A DNA stretch of 64,000 nt from an uncultured Rhodanobacteraceae bacterium (GTDB lineage: Bacteria; Pseudomonadota; Gammaproteobacteria; Xanthomonadales; Rhodanobacteraceae), in the NCBI GenBank assembly GCA_966248875.1, contig CBINBI010000011.1, positions 1,287 through 65,286 of the forward strand, written 5' to 3'. The notes under the pieces are model-generated. The model did no database searches. It had not been told where the DNA came from and saw only the letters and a program-made list of their open reading frames with translations. Of this stretch, positions 57,997 through 64,000 are shown piece by piece. Position numbers and translations under genes: made by a program. The stretch's first letter is position 1; every line of letters starts with the position of its first letter.

Positions 57997-60309
57997 TCAG
58001 AACTTGAAATTCGCCGTCAGCACCGCCGAGCGGCCCGGCGCGACGGAGGCGTAGTGATTCTGATACGCCTTGTCGAAATACAGCTTGTCGGTCAGGTTCT
58101 GGATGTTGAGCTGAAAGTTGAAATGATCGTTCACGGCATAGGCCGCCATCGCGTCGAAGCGCGTGTAGGCCGGCACCCATTTCGTGTTCGCCGTGTTGCC
58201 GTAGACCTTCGAAGTGTAGAACGCGCCCGCGCCGATCGTGAAATTCGGCAGCACCTGATACGTCGTCCACAGCGTCGCGGCATCTTCCGGCGTGTTCGGG
58301 AAGCGGTTGCCCTCGTCCGGGCTCGGCACGAACACCGGATCGTCGGACGTGCCGACGTTGACGAAACCGGCATCGACCAGCTCGCTGTCGAGATGCGTGT
58401 AGCCGCCGAACACCTTCCAGCGTTCGGTGATCTCGCCGGTGATGCCGAATTCGACGCCATCGACGCGCTTCTCGCCCGCGAGCTGCGTCGTGCCGTTGTC
58501 GGTCGCGACGCGCGCGTTGGTGATGTCGGAGCGGAACACCGCTGCCGTCAGCGACAGGCGACCGTCCAGGACGTCCCACTTCACGCCGATCTCGGCGTTT
58601 CTGCTCTTGAGCGGATCGAGGTCCGCGATCGCGGCTGTGATGTTCGCATTGTCGCCGGAGGCGCCTTCACCGTTGGCCGCTCCGGACGGGCTCGACGCGG
58701 TGCCCCAGGACGCATAGACGCTCGCGTTCTGCACCGGCTTGTAGACGAGGCCGACCTGGTACGTCCAGAGATCGGCGTCGTTCTCGACGCGCGCGGCCGG
58801 TGCGCTCGAGGTGGCGATCAGATCGGCCTTGGTCGAATAGCTGTCGAAGCGCGCGCCGACGTTGAGCAGCCATTGCTCGCTGAGCGTCATCGTGTCGAAC
58901 GCGTAAGCCGAGCGCGTGTTCGTCGTGTAGACGTTCGGATCGTTCCTGCGCGCGATCGTGCCGAGCCAGGGATCGTGCGGGTTCGGATGATCGAGCGGCG
59001 TGCAGAGGAAATCCTCGACGAGCTGCGGATTGGAACAGTCGCGCGTCGTGATGCCGTCGGGATTCGTGACGATGTACTGATCGACTTCGGTATGCTCGTG
59101 ATCGAGCTCGATGCCGAGCGCGACGTCGTGGCGCACGCGGCCCGTTTCGAGAGCGCCGGTGAGGTCGGTCTGGTTCGCCGCCGTCTTCGTCGCGGTGACG
59201 CGCGATTTCGCGGCCCGGTAGACGTAGCCGTTGGTCAGCAGATTGCCGACGCTGTCGTCGGGATTCGTCCAGATGTAGTCGTTCGCGGTGCGGCCGTAGC
59301 GCGTCGTGTTGGTGAGAGTCCAGTCGTCGCCGAACTCGTGCACGACGCGCAGCGTGCCGATGTCGGCCTTGGTCTTGCGGAAATCGCGGTCGAAGAGGCC
59401 GTAGAAATTCTCGCGGTCGACATCGGCCGGGCTGCCGTCGCCGTTGAGTCCCGCGTTCGGATTCGTCGCGGGGAACGGATTGTTGAACGGAATGCCGCTG
59501 TCGGGCGTGTCGTCCGTGGTGAGGTGGTAATAGCTCAGCGTTGCGCGAGTCGGAGAATTCATGCCGAACGTGACGGACGGCGCGATGCCCCAGCGGCTGA
59601 CGTCGGGTCCGTCGCGGCCCGGCACGTCGGCCTCGTGGCCCATTAGATTGACGCGGAACGCGACGTCATCCGTGAGCACGTGATTCGCATCGACGGTGGC
59701 GCGCCGGTACTGATCCGTGCCCACCCCGACGCTTCCGGCCATGAAGTCGTCCGCGTGCGGCGTCTTGGTCGCGATGTTGACGCTGCCGCCGATGGCGCCG
59801 CGACCCGTGTAGGCGGAGCTCGGGCCTTTCGTCACGTCGATCTGCTCGATATCGAACGCTTCGCGCGATTGCGAGCCGACGTCGCGGATGCCGTCGACGT
59901 AGATGTCGGCGCCGGCGTCATAGCCGCGGATGAACGGACGGTCGCCCACCGGATTGCCACCCTCGCCCGCACCGAACGTGATGCCGGGCACCGTGCGCAG
60001 CGCATCGAGCAGCGTCGTCGAGGCGGTGTCCTGAATTACCGCCTGCGGCACGATTGTGACCGAGCGCGGCGTGTCCAGCAGCGGCGCGGTGAACTTCGGC
60101 GACGAGGGCTCGGCGGCGTCGTGGCCGTTGACGCTGACCGTATCGAGCTCTGCGACGCTCCGGCGCCGGTCTGCGGCGGCATCGTCCGGCGTCGCGGACG
60201 ACAGGTCTTCCGCGGCGTGACCCGCGATCGGAGCCAGCGCGGCGAGCGCGGTGGCGAGCAGGCGGCGCGGCGCCGCGGGAATGGAAACGATGAATTTGTC
60301 CGACGACAT
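57997..60309 (-). CDS. TonB-dependent siderophore receptor
   Basis: 770 aa from ATG 60309. Signal ...LAALAPIAGHAAE, TonB-box/plug (LDTVSVNG..., TPRSVTIVPQAVIQD, LRTVPGITFGAGEGG), beta-barrel, C-terminal ...LTANFKF. Confidence 0.92.
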   Translation of the reverse strand: MSSDKFIVSIPAAPRRLLATALAALAPIAGHAAEDLSSATPDDAAADRRRSVAELDTVSVNGHDAAEPSSPKFTAPLLDTPRSVTIVPQAVIQDTASTTLLDALRTVPGITFGAGEGGNPVGDRPFIRGYDAGADIYVDGIRDVGSQSREAFDIEQIDVTKGPSSAYTGRGAIGGSVNIATKTPHADDFMAGSVGVGTDQYRRATVDANHVLTDDVAFRVNLMGHEADVPGRDGPDVSRWGIAPSVTFGMNSPTRATLSYYHLTTDDTPDSGIPFNNPFPATNPNAGLNGDGSPADVDRENFYGLFDRDFRKTKADIGTLRVVHEFGDDWTLTNTTRYGRTANDYIWTNPDDSVGNLLTNGYVYRAAKSRVTATKTAANQTDLTGALETGRVRHDVALGIELDHEHTEVDQYIVTNPDGITTRDCSNPQLVEDFLCTPLDHPNPHDPWLGTIARRNDPNVYTTNTRSAYAFDTMTLSEQWLLNVGARFDSYSTKADLIATSSAPAARVENDADLWTYQVGLVYKPVQNASVYASWGTASSPSGAANGEGASGDNANITAAIADLDPLKSRNAEIGVKWDVLDGRLSLTAAVFRSDITNARVATDNGTTQLAGEKRVDGVEFGITGEITERWKVFGGYTHLDSELVDAGFVNVGTSDDPVFVPSPDEGNRFPNTPEDAATLWTTYQVLPNFTIGAGAFYTSKVYGNTANTKWVPAYTRFDAMAAYAVNDHFNFQLNIQNLTDKLYFDKAYQNHYASVAPGRSAVLTANFKF

Positions 60310-60384
60310 CGAATGCCCTGAATGCTGGTTCTTCTTTCGACGCGTGTGCGGCGGCGGCGGCGTTCGCTGCTTTGTGCGTCTTGA

Positions 60385-60417
60385 AATATACTTCAAGTGA
60401 TAATGATTCTCAATCAT
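60385..60417 (-). promoter_or_regulatory. Sigma70-type promoter with overlapping Fur box upstream of the TonB-dependent receptor
   Basis: On the minus strand: TTGAGA (60413-60408), 17 nt, TATATT (60390-60385). GATAATGATTCTCAATCAT (60399-60417) matches the 19-bp Fur consensus GATAATGATAATCATTATC at 13/19 positions. Locally AT-rich. Confidence 0.75.
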
Positions 60418-60509
60418 ATTCGCATCGGAAGACTGCGGCGAAGCGTCGCGGCATTCGGTCCCGGCGATCTCTTCTCGCAGCGAGTGCGTCGCAGCTCGTG
60501 GCGTTCCGC

Positions 60510-61664
60510 CTAAGCCTTGTCGAGCACCGGGCGCGGCAGCGCCGGACGATCCGAAGCAATGGCCGCATGGCTGCGTGCTTTCGCCGTTGCCCGTCGCTGC
60601 AGCCACATCCAGAAGCCGGTGACCGCGAAAAACGGCATGGCGAGCGCCGCGAGCGCCATCGCGATCCGGCCCGGACGCCCTAAGAATTCACCCGAGTGCA
60701 GCGGAAACAGGCTCGAGACGAAACGCCTCCCGCGCGGCAGCTCGGCATAGAGAGCCCTGCCGACGACCTGCCCCGCTTCCGCATCGATTTTCAGCGTGTT
60801 CCAGGCGCGGCCATGCGGGCTCTCCTGCGTCTGGTAGCGGATCTCGACCGGCGCGCCCGCATCGCCCGGGAGCGCGAGCGTCGCGCGCGTGGCATCCGGT
60901 GCCTCGCGGCGAAACGTCGTCCACGCCGCGTCCAGCGTCGACGCCGGCAATTCCGTGCGCGCTTCGGCGGCCGGCCGCCGCATCGGCGTGGTCACGCCCG
61001 CGATGCGGTTGATCGCATCGCGATAGAAGTCGTACGACCACCAGAGCCCGGTCAGCGCGGCGACGAGATAGAACGCGAGCAGCCACGTAGCGCTGACCGC
61101 GTGCAGATGCCACAGGAACGGGCGGCCGCGCAGCTTCGTATTGAACGTCAGCCACGCGCGCAGCGAGCGTGCGCGGCGCGGCCGGCGCAGCAGGAGCCCG
61201 GTGATCGCGAGCAGGATCAGCGTCAACGTGCTGGCGCCGACGATCTGCTTGCCCACGGGGCCCGCTGCGAGGTTGCGGTGCAAGCGCTCGGCGGTTTCGA
61301 AAAACGCCGTGCCGTGCGGCCCGTCCAGCACCGCTCCGGTGAACGGATCGACGGCGACCTGCATGGCTCCGCGCTCGCGTCCCTTCGCCATGCGCACGAT
61401 CAGCGCCGCGTCGTCACCTTCCCAGGCGATGCTGCGCGCCTGCAGGTCGGGATGTGCAGTCTTTGCCGCTGCAACGAGCGTGCTGAGCGGTTTCGTCTCC
61501 TGGCCTTGCGCGGTGACTTCGAGCTGCGGATTCATGAGCCGCATCAGCTCGGGCTCGAATCCGATCGCCGCGCCGGTCACGCCGACCAGCGCGAGCACGA
61601 GCCCCGCGACGAGACCGCCGATCCAGTGCAGGCGGAACAGGATGCGCTTGAGCGTGAGCGGCAT
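60510..61664 (-). CDS. PepSY-associated TM protein (PiuB-like, putative ferric-siderophore reductase)
   Basis: 384 aa from ATG 61664. MPLTLKRILFRLHWIGGLVAGLVLALVGVTGAAIGFEPEL..., RLHRNLAAG, FPLHSGEF..., four TM helices. Confidence 0.8.
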   Translation of the reverse strand: MPLTLKRILFRLHWIGGLVAGLVLALVGVTGAAIGFEPELMRLMNPQLEVTAQGQETKPLSTLVAAAKTAHPDLQARSIAWEGDDAALIVRMAKGRERGAMQVAVDPFTGAVLDGPHGTAFFETAERLHRNLAAGPVGKQIVGASTLTLILLAITGLLLRRPRRARSLRAWLTFNTKLRGRPFLWHLHAVSATWLLAFYLVAALTGLWWSYDFYRDAINRIAGVTTPMRRPAAEARTELPASTLDAAWTTFRREAPDATRATLALPGDAGAPVEIRYQTQESPHGRAWNTLKIDAEAGQVVGRALYAELPRGRRFVSSLFPLHSGEFLGRPGRIAMALAALAMPFFAVTGFWMWLQRRATAKARSHAAIASDRPALPRPVLDKA

Positions 61665-61889
61665 GACTGTGGAAATCCGGAGAGATCTGGAAGCCGTCGC
61701 GGAACGCCGGCGCGACGGCGCGCGTGAAAAGACCGCGACGACGGGTTGCCTCGCACCTCCTGCTCGGAATGCGGGCGCAGCGACATCGCATTCGCGAGAG
61801 CTCGATGACGAGCGATTCAAACACAAATGCGAATCAGTCGCAATATTATTGACGGCACGCCCCGCGCCTGGACGACGCCGTCGACGCGC

Positions 61890-62219
61890 TCAGTCCCAGC
61901 GGTCGTCCCGCGTGTACACGATGCCGTCTTCGACCTTGACGGGAAACGTCGCCGTCGGCTCGTACGCCGGCGGCGTCAGCGCTTCGCCGGTGATGATGTC
62001 GAAGCGCGCGCCGTGGCGCGGGCATTCGATCTGGCGGCCCTCGATGACGCCGCCGGTCAGCTCACCGCCATCGTGCGTGCAGATGTCCTCGATCGCGTAA
62101 AGATCGCCGTCGATGTTGAACACGGCGATCGGCGTGTCGCCGTCGTAGACGACGCGGTATTCGCCGGGCAGTAGCTCGGCCGTGGAACAGACGCGGATCC
62201 AGTTCATGGGCGAAGGCAC
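61890..62219 (-). CDS. Rieske-type [2Fe-2S] ferredoxin (non-haem iron oxygenase ferredoxin subunit / NirD-like)
   Basis: 109 aa. CTHDGGEL...CPRHGARFDIITGE (CxH...CxxH). Confidence 0.85.
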   Translation of the reverse strand: MPSPMNWIRVCSTAELLPGEYRVVYDGDTPIAVFNIDGDLYAIEDICTHDGGELTGGVIEGRQIECPRHGARFDIITGEALTPPAYEPTATFPVKVEDGIVYTRDDRWD

Positions 62220-62588
62220 CGGCGTGGATCAAAGATCATCGTGTCCTCGTTTTTCAGCAAGGCGGCGTCGGCCAGCGATAGCGCGACATCCGCGCCAATG
62301 CAAGGGGCGGCAAAGGCGGCTCCAAGCCCGCACTGGCTCCATCCGCGGTTGACAGCGGTCTAGCGCGCCGGTTCTGCCGCTTCCGGCAGCCATGTCGCGA
62401 ATCGTGCGGCATGCCGGGCGCTTTCGCGGTTTCGTGTAACGGGGAGGAAACATCATGCGGGTTGCAAAGGACGAGATCGATGTCCGGCTGGAAATCGAAG
62501 GCGCCGTCGTACGCCAGCGCCTGAATTTCGGCGGCGCGAGTGGCTACGGCAGGATCAGCGGCGGAATATTTCACGCTTTCGGCCGGAG

Positions 62589-62876
62589 ATGACCGACGCA
62601 TTCCGTCGCAAGATCGAGGCGTGTTTCTCTACGATCGGCGAACGCCTGGCCGGCTGTCTCGAAGAGGCGAAGCTGGCGGGAAAGTTACCTGCCGGCACCG
62701 ATACGCCTCAGATTGCGAATCTGATCGTCGACTGCTGGGAAGGCGCCGCGCTGCGCAGCCGCCTGCGACGAAATTCGGCATCCCTGCGCGCGATGCTGGA
62801 CTTCTGCCTGCGCTCGATTCATCTGCCGGACGAGCGCGATGCGGCACGCCCACGCGCCGGACGAACGCCCGAATGA
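62589..62876 (+). pseudogene. HTH-less fragment resembling the C-terminal ligand-binding half of a TetR-family regulator
   Basis: 95 aa: FRRKIEACFSTIGERLAGCLEEAKLAGKLPAGTDTPQIANLIVDCWEGAALRSRL... is like the TetR_C region. No HTH coding sequence upstream in any frame. Third-position GC is lower than in neighbours. Confidence 0.45.
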
Positions 62877-62904
62877 CTCGTCATCCGGTCCTCGCGCGTC
62901 CCGC

Positions 62905-63447
62905 CTACAGCGGCTTCACCAGAAGCTCGAAGCGAAGATCGTCGCGCTTCGGAATCCCGAAGCGCTCGTCGCCGTACGGAAACGGCGAATAGAGGCCGGT
63001 GCGGCGATAGCCGCGGCGCTCGTACCACGCGATCAGCTCTTCGCGCAGCGAGATGACGGTCATCTGCATCTCACGGCAGTGCCACTGTTCGCGCGCGATG
63101 CGCTCGGCTTCGGCCAGCACCGCGCGGCCGATGCCGCCGCCCTGGAGCTCCGGCCGCACCGAGAACATGCCGAAGTAGGCGACGTCATCGCGCCGCTCGA
63201 GGTTGGCGCAGGCGAGCAGCCCGTCTTCGCGCTCGGCGAGCAGGATGCAGCTGCCCTCGCCTTCGATCAGCGCGGCCACGCCAGCGGGATCGGTGCGCTG
63301 GCCGTCGAGGAGATCGGCTTCGGTCGTCCAGCCGCGACGGCTCGCCTCGCCGCGATACGCCGATTCGACGAGAGCGACGATCGCCTCGACATCGGCCGAA
63401 GTCGCAAAGCGGAATGTCGTCACCGCGCGCTCGGCGACCGGGCTCAT
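62905..63447 (-). CDS. GNAT family N-acetyltransferase
   Basis: 180 aa from ATG 63447. FRFATSADVEAIVALVESAY..., FSVRPELQGGGIGRAVLAEAERIA..., IAWYERRGY. ATGA overlap with sufU. Confidence 0.85.
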   Translation of the reverse strand: MSPVAERAVTTFRFATSADVEAIVALVESAYRGEASRRGWTTEADLLDGQRTDPAGVAALIEGEGSCILLAEREDGLLACANLERRDDVAYFGMFSVRPELQGGGIGRAVLAEAERIAREQWHCREMQMTVISLREELIAWYERRGYRRTGLYSPFPYGDERFGIPKRDDLRFELLVKPL

Positions 63448-63896
63448 GCGGTCTCCGTGCTGACGCGCGCCGTGCCTGCCAGCGCCGCACGCAAGGTCGC
63501 CCAGGGAAGCTCCGCGCACTTGCGCCGCGACGGATGACGATGCAGCTCGCGCATCGCGTTGAGCGGGCCCAGCGAGAGGTCTTCGCCGAGATCGCCGTTC
63601 AGCAGGCGCCCGAACGGCGCGTGCAACGTCGCGACATCGTCGGCGCCGCGGCCCTGGACCAGCTCGCTCAGCATCGATGCGGTCGCAGTGGTGATCGCAC
63701 AGGCCTGGCCGGAAAAGCGCATGCCGACGATGCGGCCGTCCGCACAGCGAAGCTCGATGCGCAGCGCATCGCCGCAGAGCGGGTTCACGCCGTCCGCCGC
63801 GTGCGTCCAGCCGGCCAGCTCGCCGCGGTTGCGCGGGTGCCGGTAATGGTCGAGGACGAGCTGCTGGTAGAGGTTCGCGGCCGACATCGGCTTCAT
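63444..63896 (-). CDS. sufU: SUF-system NifU/IscU-like Fe-S scaffold (SufU-type)
   Basis: LYQQLVLDHYRHPRNRG..., three Cys contexts NPLCGD, GQACAI and RRKCAELPW. Confidence 0.85.
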   Translation of the reverse strand: MKPMSAANLYQQLVLDHYRHPRNRGELAGWTHAADGVNPLCGDALRIELRCADGRIVGMRFSGQACAITTATASMLSELVQGRGADDVATLHAPFGRLLNGDLGEDLSLGPLNAMRELHRHPSRRKCAELPWATLRAALAGTARVSTETA

Positions 63897-63918
63897 TCTA
63901 GCGTCGCGCCCGATGCGG

Positions 63919-64000
63919 TCACCCGAGCAGCTTGCGCACGCGCCCGATGGCCTCGACGAAGCGGTCGACTTCCTCGCGCGTGTTGTAGAACGAAAGCGAA
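63919..64000 (-). CDS. sufS: Cysteine desulfurase (SufS/CsdA-like), C-terminal 26 codons only
   Basis: The minus frame reads ...SLSFYNTREEVDRFVEAIGRVRKLLG*, the typical class II desulfurase C-terminus. It lies directly upstream of sufU and is truncated by the window edge. Confidence 0.7.
   Translation of the reverse strand, partial: SLSFYNTREEVDRFVEAIGRVRKLLG

Noticed and set aside
57052-59646. 864-aa plus-strand ORF opposite the TonB-dependent receptor, piuC and the Sel1 gene
   Set aside because: Shadow ORF. The minus strand encodes a complete receptor with plug, barrel and a terminal Phe.
61825-61852. Possible second Fur box (AAATGCGAATCAGTCGCAATATTATTGA) upstream of the PepSY gene
   Set aside because: It matches the consensus only weakly. 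AT-richness alone could explain the resemblance.

Overview
This is a very GC-rich, densely packed 64 kb chromosomal segment. The gene content looks beta/gammaproteobacterial, possibly Xanthomonadales/Nevskiales-like, but that lineage call is inference only. I support about 58 protein-coding genes. I recognised no rRNA, tRNA, CRISPR array, transposase or integrase. Housekeeping anchors are dxs, prmC, apt, glnS, rlmM, the tail of a suf operon (sufS', sufU) and an S1C protease. Coherent modules: (i) a peroxide-stress cluster of ahpD<-ahpC<->oxyR->rubrerythrin->CCG-type Fe-S protein->DUF3501; (ii) a Fur-box-controlled iron-uptake unit of PepSY-TM protein, TonB-dependent receptor, PiuC hydroxylase and a Sel1 protein; (iii) an NdvB-like GH17-GT2 beta-glucan synthase; (iv) a NarL-type two-component system followed by an unknown secreted protein and a dihaem cytochrome c. 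The most unusual items are listed here. A 1381-aa, apparently internally duplicated envelope protein is start/stop-coupled (GTGA) to prmC and preceded by an orphan Pycsar-effector-like (DUF5706/PycTM) membrane protein with no cyclase nearby. A ~380-nt hairpin-dense spacer lies between ahpC and ahpD and ends in a terminator that abuts the ahpD RBS. About 390 nt downstream of prmC is unannotated but closed by a minus-strand terminator. A 77-codon in-frame GST remnant sits inside a chain of four overlapping genes. There are two SET-domain proteins, one next to an RNase T2 and an unknown pseudo-receiver protein. Two secreted proteins share a C-terminal IFxxGFD tail. The high GC produces many long all-frame shadow ORFs, which I rejected on composition. 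All family assignments rest on motifs read by eye; no searches were run.
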